A stretch of DNA of 64,000 nucleotides, taken from NCBI RefSeq assembly GCF_009834535.1, contig NC_045705.1, forward strand, positions 10,106,001-10,170,000. The letters are read 5' to 3'. Each line of letters starts with the position of its first letter. The stretch's first letter is position 1. The position numbers and the translations under genes were made by a program. This document shows positions 39,586-52,299 of this stretch, in pieces. Source of the stretch: Camelus ferus (lineage: Eukaryota). The notes under the pieces were generated by a model. That model made no database searches. It was not told the DNA's origin and saw only the letters and a program-made list of their open reading frames with translations.

Positions 39586-40258
39586 GTATAATGGGTAATG
39601 ATTGGCAGATTGGGCCATATTTTTAAAGGGCCCTGCATGACAAAGTAGGGATTTGAATATGAAAGAAAAAGGAATTCAACCAAGATTATTATGCAGAAGG
39701 ATTACAGAATTAAATGTGTTTTTTTAGAAAAATAACTCTAAAAATGAGAAAGATGGATAGAGGGAGAAAGAATGAATTTTTAATCCCTGTCATCAGTCCA
39801 ATTAAGCAAATGAGAGTAGTAAAGATAACTTCATCAGAAAGACTAATATTTACACCCAAACAGTGTATTCCTCATTCAATTTAGCAAGTTCTTTTATATT
39901 AGATAAAATTAAATCACTCAGGATTGAGTAAGGAGGTAGTTCCAATGCATTTGTGTGTGTTCCCATTGCTTTGGATAGTATGTTTCAGGATGCTGAAATC
40001 AAAAAAAATCTCCTTTGTTCTTTGTCTCCTCTGCACTGAGAAACACAGCACTCAAACCTATATCCCTGATTCCCACCAACACTCCTAGAACTGTCTGATC
40101 CCCTGACCCAGCAGGACAATTGAAAAGAAAGTGGAATTTATGTGCAAACCATGACTACTGCTGAACAAATATTCAAAGTATAAGTCCTAATTAGTTGTGT
40201 GTCAGTAAGGAGAGCCAGATTCACAAATGGAAAAAAAAAAAAAAAAAAGACTCTACAT

Positions 40259-40468
40259 CAGGGGTCAGCAAACTTTTCTGCAAAGGGCCAGGTAATAACT
40301 ATTTTATACTTTATGAGACAAACGGTCTCTGTTACAAATACTAACTATACTATGGTGGCCCCAAAGCAGCCATAGACATTGTGTAAATGAGTGTGGCCAT
40401 TTTTCAATAAAACTTTATTTACAAAAATAGGAGGAAAGCTTTGACCCATGAGTCTTAGCCAGCCACTG
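40259..40468 (+). mobile_element. MER58A hAT-Charlie MITE
   Basis: caggggtcagcaaacttttctgcaaagggcca...aaagcagccatagaca...caataaaactttatttacaaaaa; Charlie-like 8-bp flanks ctctacat/ctttagaa. Confidence 0.9.
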
Positions 40469-40822
40469 CTTTAGAATGATTTATCTTCAACTAACAGAAG
40501 CACGTACATAAGACAGTCACTCTACCAAAGCATATTAGTCTTCTAGAAAACACTGGAAAGAACAAAAGAATTTCACCATGGAATATTACTTTATGTTTGC
40601 CCTTGTTTCTTCACAGATGTTAATCATTCTTATAAAGCAACTTTAAGCCTTTCTATTTCCTGAAACCTAAATTTTACCAGAGTGTTTTTCTAGTAAGTTG
40701 TGCACAGAAAAATAATCCAGATTGAATAATCCATCTAATTACTAAATTTTTTCGGTTTTCAGCATGTTGGATTGTTGCGAGTTTTACTTGTCTTATTTAA
40801 AAAAGAAATCTCTTTCAGACAC

Positions 40823-41065
40823 TTTTTTTAAAAATGGAAGTATAGTTAGTTTACAATTTTGTGTTAATTCCTGGCATACAGCATAGTAATTCAGTTATAC
40901 ATATATATACACACATATACACACATATATACACTCCTTTTTATATTCTTTTTCATTATAGACTATTATAAGGTATTGAATATATATATAGTAGGACCTT
41001 GTTGTTTATTTTATATACTGTAGTTAGTATCTACAGGGGTAAATTGGGAGTTTGGGATTTGCAGA
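40823..41065 (-). mobile_element. Short artiodactyl-type L1 3' end with 5' inversion
   Basis: 40823-41032 is a minus-strand L1 3' UTR with T-tail; 41033-41065 is the adjacent upstream L1 segment in the opposite orientation. Confidence 0.85.
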
Positions 41066-41224
41066 ATCATCTTTAATTACTATTTTTTCTTTGTTAAAGA
41101 TAGTCTATTTTAGTACTGGAAAAAATAAGTCAATATTTTATACAATAAGGAACAAACTTATACTGAAAGTAAGGATTATCAAAAATCTAGATAGTTTACC
41201 ACAGCGGTTAAGGATACAGACTAC

Positions 41225-41430
41225 CTTCCAGTGACCTCTCTGCCACTTCCTACCTGTGTGATCTTGAGCAAATCCATTGTCTCTCTGTGCTTCAGTTTCC
41301 ACAACAATAAAATGAGGTTAATAACAATAGCTTTCAAATCAGGTTGTTATGAAAAATCAATAAATTAATACATGAAAACTAACCACTTAGGACCATGCTT
41401 GCTACAAAAAGAACACTCCATAAAGAGCTA
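41225..41430 (+). mobile_element. MIR SINE relic
   Basis: ctgccacttcctacctgtgtgatcttgagcaaat...tgtgcttcagtttcc...aaaatgaggttaataac. Confidence 0.85.
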
Positions 41431-41779
41431 TTATCCAATTATTTTAAAACTTCATCTAAACAAATTTTAGAAGTGCAATCAGCCTTAAAGCTACCCGACC
41501 CCGCTGAGACGCAGATGCCTCTGGAGCACCAGCCCAAGTGCTGGAAGAGCCTCTGAAGACATCAGCTGGTTACATCTTTCACACAGGGATCCTCTCTAAC
41601 CAATAATATCAAGACCTTCTGTTCTCCTGGGCACTTCCAGTTGTCAGATCTGTGGCACCTTACTAAGCAACTGGTTTGTAAGGTCCGTCAAAGCTAAGTT
41701 CTTAGAGTTCCTCTCCGAATTTTACACACCCATGTCTTCCATTAATAAGCTAAATTATTGAGATGATTCACTCACTTTT

Positions 41780-42030
41780 ATTTATAGACTATGTATCTCT
41801 TTTGAGCTCCAGGCTTACATATTTTTCTGCTTTCTTGGCTATTTTTATGTTTGAAATGCACGTTAGATCAACGTACCCAAAACTGGACTCATGACTGGCT
41901 CTCTACCTCATACCTGATTCTTTTCCAATTGTCTTCAGCTCAGAAGAGGTACCATCAGTTATCTTGTTAGACGATATGAGAAAGTAGGAGTCACCACTGA
42001 CATCTTCCCTATACTCCTTAATATCCAACA
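41780..42030 (+). mobile_element. L2 relic
   Basis: ctcttttgagctccaggcttac...aacgtacccaaaactggactcatga...cagttatcttg...aggagtcacc. Confidence 0.7.
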
Positions 42031-42049
42031 CATCAGCAGCTCCTACAGA

Positions 42050-42180
42050 TTTTTTTCAGCTTTATTGAGTTGGACATAACACACAAAAAGTTGCACACAT
42101 TTACTGTGTACATTTTGAAGAGTTTGGACATATGCATATGCCCCTGATACCATCTCCACAAGAACGGTAATAAGCATATG
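42050..42180 (-). mobile_element. L1MA9-like extreme 3' end
   Basis: cagctttattgagttggacataac...gagtttggacatatgcatatgcccctgataccatc. Confidence 0.8.
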
Positions 42181-44339
42181 TAAATTAGTAAGTAGATCTT
42201 GGTCTGCCACCTTTTCATTACCCACCCTGCCTTGCTCCATGATAGTATAATTTTTGTTAAGAATACTGGTTCCCCTATATCTGTCTTATCTCTTCTAATT
42301 CATAAGCCATTCCCCAGGGTTATCTTTTGGAAAATCACACCTATTATATTCTCACACTCACCAAAAAAATTTATTCCAATGATGGAATAAATATCAAAAT
42401 ACTACAAGGCTGAAAATATTGTCTCCTAAGTTCCTCTCCAAATTTCTTCACACATGCTTCCCCTACTCTCTGTGTTCAACCCATATGGTTCAGAGAGTTT
42501 TGCATATGGTCTGAGGCAGATGCATCCAAACAACAGGCTGTTTATAGACTGAACATTATGCAATTAGTCTGGTCTTCCCAACTCCAATGCAGATAATCAG
42601 TAAAACCACTCCAGGCAAAGTGGGGCAAAGTTTGGCTGGCTTTTTTGCATTACAAATTCATCACAAAAATCCCATCAATTTTTAAGGCCCTTTACTAGGT
42701 TTATTTAATTTTCAAAGGATAATCTAAAACAACGAAAACAAAAATAGAGCAAAATTAAATTGAACTTATCATAAACGTACATTTACGTTGCTAAATGACT
42801 TCTCTCTTTGTGATACTTAGAATGCCATTCGGATAAGAAATTAGTGTGATATTGTCCAGTCATTTAACCTCTTTGAGTCTCAACTTTCTCCCCTATAAAA
42901 TGGGGATATCATTTACAAACTTAAAAGGCATCTAAAACTTGACACGTTCTATGTTGCTTAGAACGTTACATTTCCCCGCCCTCTCTCCTCTCATCTCCTC
43001 TCTTCTCTCCTCCTTCCTTCCCACTCTCTTTCCCTCTGTCCTTGTCTCCTAACATACAACAGGAACTTAATGAAAATAACTTTTTTTTTGTTCACATTAC
43101 AATAAATGAAACTGAATGGCCCAGGGGAAGACAAGTATACTTACTTACAAATGGCTTTATTTGGAATAAATAGTCTGGTGACATACAAGGATAAAGACCA
43201 ATGTCTACTTTTGCATAACAGCTACTATCATCATTTTACCAGCACAATAGTTTGTAATTCTACCCACAAAGATATTGATTAGAGGAAGCACCTGTCCTTT
43301 CCATCTTGAAAAATACTGATGTAGTGGGACCTCCTATTAAGAAACACTGGTAGTAATTCTCAAATAGTTTTGAAATTTAAGTACATTTCCTCTTGCCTCC
43401 TGGTAACAGTCATCACACTGAAGGACAGAAATTCTTAATTCAAATAGCTGAATAGTTTTAATCATAGACAAGATAAAATGATCTTTAAATTGCTATTTTG
43501 CTAAATATTGGTCCTTGTTTCCAAGTTCATATTTAGGTTTGTAACTTGTAAATCATACATCCCAAATAATATTTTCTCAGGTCAAGAACTAAAACACTGT
43601 ATCCATCCTGGAAAAGGAAGCCCCTTTAGAAATGTCATTACTGTTCAGATTGTTGATCTCAGCCTGCTGTCAGGGCTAAAGTGTTTAGCAAGACTATTTC
43701 AGGGACCTGGACAGAACATTTTTATTGGCAATGCGACAACCGATTACCCAGAGCTCAAATGAGAAGACCCAGTGGCCGGTCTCCATCACTCTAAGATTCC
43801 GCTGACGTGTGGCACAGACGGTGAGATGTGTTGATAGATGAGGTTGTCTAGGCAGCAGTTATCTTAGTCCTGCCTAACATTTCGGTTGAATGACCTGTTA
43901 AACATGCGTATCCCAAAGCAGCTGAATAGATTTTTAAGACAACATAGCTGTTAAATGTGGAACCCTCCAGGAAGTTCTGAATATAGAGTCTTTTAGCTTT
44001 GACTTCTAGTTTCTAAGAACTACCCATCCGATTTTGAGTTGGGGGCAGGGGAAGAAAGGAGCATAAAGAGAGATTGGGGGATTATATGCGAACAAAATAA
44101 TCTTAAAATACTAGGAGGAGTTATAGGGTGAGCTGAATAGGACTTTTTAGGAGGGAACAGTAACAAAAAAATGCTAATTTGACCATGTCATTCAAACTTC
44201 TGAGGTAACAGTTTCCTTATTTGTAAAATGAGAGTGAATGTATGTTCTAAATTCTCTTGCAACTATTAAATTTTGCTTTTCTGATTGGTATCCTAGACCT
44301 CTTACTTTTATGAATAGGAATACTTTAAAATTGCTAAGA

Positions 44340-44720
44340 AGCAGTAGAACCCAGTGCTAAATGCTTAGTCCCTAGAGTTAACAGACATTTAAAATTTTGC
44401 CTGCATCATTTAATCTAAATACCCTTGTCCATATCATTAGTACTCAATATTTATTGCCTTAGAATCCTTGTATATAAAATGGAGATGCTAATAATACACA
44501 ACATGCAAGTTGTTCTTAGGTTTATTTTTTCATAGCATTTATTACCATCTAGCTAACCTATTGTCTGTAAGGTCCATAAGGGTGATGACTAGTGTCCATT
44601 TTGTTCACTGATGTAGTCTAAGCATCTTAACAGATACTAGCCACTCAGTATTTGCCAAACGGATAATTAAATGAAACAATGCATGTAAAGTGGTTAGCAC
44701 AGTAACTGGCACAAGCATTT
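44340..44720 (+). mobile_element. MIR interrupted by an L2 3' end (about 44520-44665)
   Basis: MIR 5' part to aaatggagatgctaataatac...; L2 catagcatttattaccatct...ttttgttcactgatgta; MIR resumes aattaaatgaaacaatgcatgtaaagtggttagcacagta. Confidence 0.7.
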
Positions 44721-44799
44721 GATAAATGATCCTATAAATGGTCCTGATAAATGGTTTTACTAATATTCACAGTGTCATTTCACTTTGAAGAAGTGGAAT

Positions 44800-45000
44800 G
44801 GAAGAAGTAGAGATTTCAAAGAGAAGAGGAAGGGGATTGAGGACCATTCTGTTGTTTCCAAATATTTGAAACAGTATCACAAGTCACTTTTAAAGGAAAG
44901 AATATGATCCAAGATGTAAAAGCACAGAGAGAGATTTTTGAAATTCAGAAAAGGAAGATTTTTTCTTCTGACAAAATTGTTCAAGGATGAAATGAACTAG
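44800..45000 (+). mobile_element. L3/CR1 LINE 3' fragment
   Basis: gagaagagg...ctgttgtttccaaatatttgaa...aaggaagatttt...ttgttcaaggatgaaatgaac. Confidence 0.55.
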
Positions 45001-45959
45001 TGTTCAAGTAAATGTTGAATTATTATTAGCCAATCAATGAAGGAGTTAAGAAATCTAATTAAAGGTTACGAATCTATTATTTCATGAATGAAATGATATG
45101 GAGAGAGCTTCTTGTAAACAACATGCTCAGAATAAATTTTAAAATATACAAAATATTGAATTTTACCCTCATGATACTGCTGGCAATAAAAATATAGGTG
45201 GAACATGGCAAATATAGGAAATACCAGTCTATTTTGTTTGGGGGACATGTGATCCAAAAACATTTGCTTGTTGGTGTATCATAGAGCTGAAAAACAAATG
45301 CTGCTGATTTGTCTTATTAATGTTGCAAAGCAGCAGATAGGAGCAACAGAACCCTTCATCCCCTAGAAGAAAAGCAGGACTGTTTAAAGCCAGCTTCTTT
45401 CTTTCCTGTTCTTTTTACCCTACTGGTAACACTGCACTTTGGAATTTGAGAATACTGGCAGCGAGAACGTTCCTGGGTTGTATGAAACTAACTGATGCAT
45501 CACTCGTGCCAACTAGGGGAGATTGTAGACAAAATGTATGACATCGATGAGAAAGGAATCTCACTCAATATCACTTTTATGAAGGCTAGTTGGCCTCATA
45601 TAAAATAGTTCCATCAATCTACTGTCATCAGCTCAGACAGAAAAGAATTAGGTACATAAAGTGGCTGTCATAAAACGTAGCCAAGCAAGAGCTAAGTCTG
45701 ATCACAGAAGGTCAGTTAAGTATTTGGAAAATAAAGGAAGTGTGTTTTCTTTAATGAGCCACCAAAAATTAATACCAAGTGAATTGGCTTTCTATCTTGG
45801 ACAGTAATACTGAAAAAGATGCAGTGGTTCTGAAGGTTTTCTCTATTCTTTAAATTGGCTACATATTCAGAAAAGATATGTGGTAACATGGTGACTTTTT
45901 AAAGGTATGCAGTGGTGAACTGCATTCACATGCTCAAATTATGGTGTTGACTTACTGAG

Positions 45960-46360
45960 TGTGAATGGTTAATATCATGTAGCACTTTGACTAGACTATA
46001 GAGTACCTAAACATTTGGCCAAACATTATTTTGTCCATGTGAGTGTTTCTGGATGACAATGACATTTGTAAGGGTAGACTGAGTAATGAAGATTATTTCC
46101 CACAATGTGGGTGGGCCTAGTCCAAACAATTGAAGACCTAAGACAGGCTGAGTAAGAAGGAACTTTTCCTTCATGACTGCTTACGTTCGGTTATTAGTCT
46201 TTTCTGGCCTTCAGACTTGAACTGAAACATTGGCTCTTCTCAGGCTTCAAGCCCAAGCCCAGAAGTGCCAGCTTTCGGACCAGAAGCATGCTATTGGCTC
46301 TCCTGGGTATCATATACACACATACTATTGTTTCTGTTTCTCTGCAGAATCCTAACTACA
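45960..46360 (+). mobile_element. MLT2-type ERVL solo LTR, internally deleted
   Basis: tgtgaatggttaatatcatgt ... aatgtgggtgggcctagtccaa ... tttctgtttctctgcagaatcctaactaCA; 5-bp TSD ctgag/ctgat (4 of 5 match). Confidence 0.88.
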
Positions 46361-46961
46361 CTGATTCAGCAGGATCAGGAGGAAATGAGCTGAGTTGTGC
46401 CAATCAAGTGCATGATCCCGATAATCATAGTCAGTCCCTAGAGAAGTTAATCTTTTAGAAACTTGTCTGGTAACAATGTGAGTGATCAGGCAATGTTATA
46501 ACACTTATATCATGTAAAATAATGAGCCAAATGTCCAATGCTTTTAAAAATTAATTCTAAAAGCAACTTCTCACTCTCAAGCCCCAAATTCTATGATTCT
46601 ATACTCTAAAACAAGCTTATTACGTAGCCATTTTCAGACTCAATTTCAGAAGCAACAGCAAAAAGTCTGAAATGTGTTTACTTCCCAAGAGCATCAGCAA
46701 GTACTTAAGAATCCATCTCATTTCCTTACAATCATTTTTTGAGGACTTAAGGACTCGTCGTTTTCATGTGTTGACTTCTGTTATCAACATAAGCAGCACA
46801 TGGCATATCTACCTTACTCTTCATAATTACTTCCAGGCTCTGGTGTTTTGTGACCTTTAAGCTCTACTTCCACTGCACAGATTAAGCTTCCCAAGCATCT
46901 GTCCTTATGCATCAAAAGATACACTTTGACGCCGCCAAATTCCTGACGTTACCTCAGTGTG

Positions 46962-47105
46962 NNNNNNNNNNNNNNNNNNNNNNNNNNNNNNNNNNNNNNN
47001 NNNNNNNNNNNNNNNNNNNNNNNNNNNNNNNNNNNNNNNNNNNNNNNNNNNNNNNNNNNNNNNNNNNNNNNNNNNNNNNNNNNNNNNNNNNNNNNNNNNN
47101 NNNNN
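46962..47105. other. Assembly gap (144 N) covering the 3' half and donor of the GRM5 exon
   Basis: Direct read; coding frame runs into the gap. Confidence 1.
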
Positions 47106-47398
<293 letters not shown>

Positions 47399-47964
47399 TT
47401 ACAATGAAACTACAGTATACAAATACACGTTGAAGTTTCAACATTTTTTTCACTAAGACCGACTGCATAATACAAAAAATACAAGCAATTCAGCTCCCCC
47501 TTTGACTCAAAAAAGCTCATATTCTAGTGTGGGATTATGGAAAATACTTATCTGCTGTTGCATCATTCTATCTCACTTCCTTCTGCTTCTCATTGTGTGA
47601 TCTTCTCACTCCACTGATTCAGATTTTTGTGTTTAAAGACATAATACATAGATGCAATACATACACTTTATATAGTATAGATGCTGTACAAATATCTTAG
47701 AATATTATATTTTATAGAATATTATGCATGTATGTTGTTAATAATCATAAGAGTTTTTGCTTTAATCCCAAGTGGAAACTCCAGACCCTTGACTGAGATT
47801 TTAGTCTTGTCACAGATACATGAATAAACTTTTTAAAAACATTTAAAGTTTTATTATATACAACCATAAGGAAGTTAGTGATATGGGGGGATAATTTCAA
47901 TGTCCTTTGCAAAACTCAAGGGCTAAGAACTGATGGTGGTTTTTTAAAATTATGGAAAAGGGGG

Positions 47965-48190
47965 ACCAATACTGACGATCAACTGCATGCCAGGCTGTGT
48001 GTCAAGATTTTTATATATGTGACCTTATTCAACTCTCACAATCATATATTGAGCTATGTCTTAGGACCGCCATCCTACAGAAAAGGAAACAGGTGAGGCA
48101 GTTAGGTTTACAGTTGTCCAGAGCTAACCTAGCCAGTGGGTGGAAAGTTGTGTTCCAGTCACAGACCTGTCTTAGGTGCAGATTCTGCTC
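47965..48190 (-). mobile_element. MIR SINE relic
   Basis: actgcatgccaggctgtgtg...ttattcaactctcacaatc...cctacagaaaaggaaacaggtgaggcagttagg. Confidence 0.8.
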
Positions 48191-51100
48191 CCCACTGCTC
48201 TTCTTTTAGGATGACTTTCAGGAGACTCAGAAGCCCAGTTATATCTGCATTTCTCTTTCCCATTTCAAGATCATGATGCTTCAATTTTAGATATTTCTGG
48301 AGCTTTTTAAGGCTCTGTACATCATGACAGGCTCATTGCTGAGTTTTCAAAAAATTAGGTGGGTGAGGGGGATTGATTCGAAAAATAGAGCAGACTATTA
48401 CAAGACAGCCAAGCTGCGGGACACATAAGGATGTAACTGGCCTAACAGTCATCTAGACCTGGGAATTGGAGTTTCATCAGGAGGAGCTGATCTGACATGA
48501 GTAAGGGAGTACAAGTCATTCAGTTGCGTATGTTCACTGTATGACGACAATAGAGACAACTTGTAAATCACTTCACCTGGGTAACATCTGGACTTCTGGA
48601 AAGTCAGTTCATGTATATGAGCTCACTGTTCCTCGCACCGATTCTGTGATAGAGATACAATTATCTTCCCTTCCCAGCTGATAAAACGGATATTCGCATT
48701 TAGCACGTGGATGGCAGAGCCGTGGTTTAAACATATATCTTCCCCTGCTGGCCCTGCGTGTGCTCCATCAGAGCACAGGTGCCTTGCTGCAAATGAGGTC
48801 CTCAGACTTTGAGGGGGGATTTTTGTGCAGTTTTATCTTCATGAACGAACTGCAAAGGGCAAAGAAGAACAGGCCAGCCTGAGTTCCCGCCAAAAACACG
48901 GGCAGGCCAGCTGCATCTTTCCTTCTTCTCCAGAATTAAAGCAATGAGAGGCCTCTATGATGATGGCAGGTAGGCAATGTAGTTATTTTGCAATTAACGA
49001 AGTTTAAAGAGCTCTCCCTGAAAAATGTGCCAAGGGGCCTAAATGACTAGTCTTACACTAATCTGAGTAATCTATTATTCTCTGATTATTTTTAGCCAAC
49101 TCTAGTTTTTAACTGACTATCTTGTACTTAATGCTTTGATTAATGTGAGGGGATTTGCATAAATAATTTGGTATTAGGTACATAGTGATTGTGATGGCAA
49201 TAATGAAAATTCTATATATATAGTTAAACACGAAAAAATACCTGACAAATTTATAATCCTATCATCTCTCTTAACAATGTTGTTTTAACATTTTTTTTTG
49301 TTTATATGCAGTAAGTTATATAGAAGCCTTCTGTAACAGAGAGAGAGCTTTGTTATTAGAGAGATCTGAGTTCTAAGTCAACTGGGATTGTCTCCAAATC
49401 TCAGCTCTCTCAGCTGAAAATCAGAAGTAATGCTGCCTAATATATGAATATTTTGTGTATTATATTTAACATATGTAAAATATCTGCTAGGTAACCTGAG
49501 CCTGATTAATTGTATTTATTATTGGGATTATAAAGAGTATACTAGACATAGTTAAGCTGCTCTCTCTTGGAGCACCTAAAGCGAATAATGGAGTAAATGG
49601 CATTAATACTGAACATTAGACTAAAAGTAAGAAACTAGTGGGGGAAATATGATTTTCTGAGGGCAAAGTCCAAGCTGTACTCTTTAAATTAAAATAGGAA
49701 TCCATTACAATATATGTGTGACATAAAAATTCTGTAGAATAATAATTTAGATTTAATAAAAGAAATCCATCATAAGATGAAAATTAAAAATGAGACTATG
49801 TATTTCAATAAAATTGGGAAGCTTGAAGTGTTTAGATTTTCAGTAGTTGATATAATGACTATATTTTAGAATTGTACATTTAAAAATAAAGGTCAAACTA
49901 TAAAAAAATTTCATAGGCTTGTTGAAGAAAATTAAATATATTTCAAGGAATATACAGAATGAAAAAAAGCAGAGGAAGCAAAGATTCATTTTTCCAACAG
50001 GGGAACAAAGGTGATTGAGAAAGGAAGATATGGCATAAAATATGAAACTAGTTAGTCTGTGGCTTCATTTTAAGCAACTGGTAAAAGTAAGAAGGACTTC
50101 CCTAGACATTCTTTAAGTAGCAGAAGGTCTATGATTTGAAATTATGGGAAGAAAATGCAATCACAGCTCAACTTGACCCTTAGCTCACACTGTTTATAGT
50201 CCTAATTATGCAAATATCAATTATTGATTTTCAACTGTATGAATCCACATATGGACAAAGTGAAAAACTCATTATACAATAGAAAAATATGCTATCAGCC
50301 TTTACAATGAAAACTAAAGAGAAAGGTTATAGATTGAGATGAGGAAGCAGGGGGAGCTAAAGGGAAGGGGATGGATATTAAAATACTCCACTCACAATTG
50401 GGAAGTCAGGATAGACAGAAAACAAAAGAGGTGATTAAGAGAATTATTTGAAGCTAAAAAAAGAGACTAATCTAATAATACAATTATATTAAGAGAAGAA
50501 ATAAGAAGATACATGAATTAAGAGATGTCTATACTCCATAAATTAAAAAGTGGGCATTAAATAAGCAAGCATTTATTATACTTTGGGTAAATTTATCTAT
50601 TCTATTTTCCAAAACTGTAAGCCCCTTGAGGGTACTAAAATTGCACTTATTTAAGTACATATCATCGCATAATAGGTCCTCAGGGATTTCTTGAACAGAA
50701 AGATGGTACAGAAAGATAAGTAAAGAGTAAAATTTTGGAAGAGTAAATTTATTTTATTCAAATACAATCATCAAGTGGATGCTCAAAAATGTAAAACTAT
50801 TCTTTCAGAAAATTATTACTTCAGGAAATATTAATTCACTTTAAAAAAGTATTGAGTGTGACCTTCCACATTAGAGCTTCTTTCCCTTTTATTTGACACA
50901 AATTATCTTTTGTCAAAAAAGAAAATGAAGATTCTTAACATAAAAATAATTAATAAATACATTCCAAATGGCTTTTACTCCTAATATCCTGTTGCTATAT
51001 AAACAATCAATTTTGTTGACAACTACCAGTGAAGGAAAACATTGCCATTTCTCATTGGAGTTACTGCCTGGCATGATACCATCCCCCAAAATATGTGTAG

Positions 51101-51469
51101 GCAGGATTTATCAGTCAATGCGTGAGTACCACTTCCTGTCCTTTCATGGGGTCATAAAAGTTCATCAAGGAGTCTCAGCCAAAACCGCCATATTGAGTAG
51201 GCTGTGTCTTAGTTAAGCTACTGGTTAGCTGAAACAGCCAGGAGGGAGAAAAGCCAGAGACAAACACCACTTCTTATTTTATTACTATCTCTTTTATAAA
51301 GATGTCCCTCTTTTCAAAAAATGTATGTCTTTTCCCCATTACAGCCACATGTACAATGAGTATAGCAATTTCAAACTTTATATTGCACTCATTTCTTTAT
51401 GTTTATCTCCTGCTACTAGACAATAAAGTTCTTCAAGGTCGATGTTTTTATCCTCACAAGAAAAACAAT

Positions 51470-51471
<2 letters not shown>

Positions 51472-51503
<32 letters not shown>
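51472..51503 (+). repeat. (GT)16 microsatellite
   Basis: Direct read. Confidence 0.95.
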
Positions 51504-51504
<1 letters not shown>

Positions 51505-52299
51505 GTGTATATCTTAGTTAAGCTACTCGTTTTATATGTATATTTTGTATAATATATGTCTTAGTTAAGCCATAAAACTGTGATCTAGGTGTTTTGGATG
51601 CTAGAGATATGATTAATGGAAAATTTTTAAAGCTAAGGGATTGGGGTAAAAAGGTTTCATCACCTATCATGTACTCTCATCAAAACTCCACCAATTATTA
51701 CAAATGCCTTTTCTATGAAAACCTTTACTAACAAACAGGTTTCCAAGTTTTGGCGAATTATTCAAGTCTTACCCTGGAGTCTTTCTATGACATGACCCAT
51801 AGAGCAGAGCATTCAGTGTGAGGCGGGACATCATTGGCTCACAGCCAGGGTGCTTTATTATCAGGAAGTATCAGGAGGATTTTATTTAGTGAATTCACTT
51901 TAGGCATTATACTAGGCATGGATTATGTAAGCAACATTTCAGCAATACTCTAGTAGGTGAATTAAAAATAAAAAGCTAGCATAGCATAACTTAGTAACTT
52001 GGATTTTGGACTATATATATAAAATATTATTTGTGAGAATACTACAGGGATATCAGGAATTGGCAGAAAAGTGTGTGCCATGTGCACTGCTGAGGGGTGT
52101 ACTATGTTGGTGAATTTTTCTTCTGGCTACCAGGAATGGGTCTGAAAAAAAGAAGTTTGATCTTAAGAGCAAAGGTGCAAATTGATCAGACAAATTCATA
52201 TGTGGCAAATGACATGAAATCAAATCAGTGAAATAAGAATACATGAGGGTTACAACTATCACTCATGTCAGTTACAAGTCTGAGTGCCATCTTTGGTTG

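Larger units (their letters stand above)
1..46961 (-). other. GRM5: GRM5 intron downstream of the exon (partial)
   Basis: The next exon (DGWADRYDVT...) is absent from the window; sequence is repeat-rich and non-coding. Confidence 0.85.
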
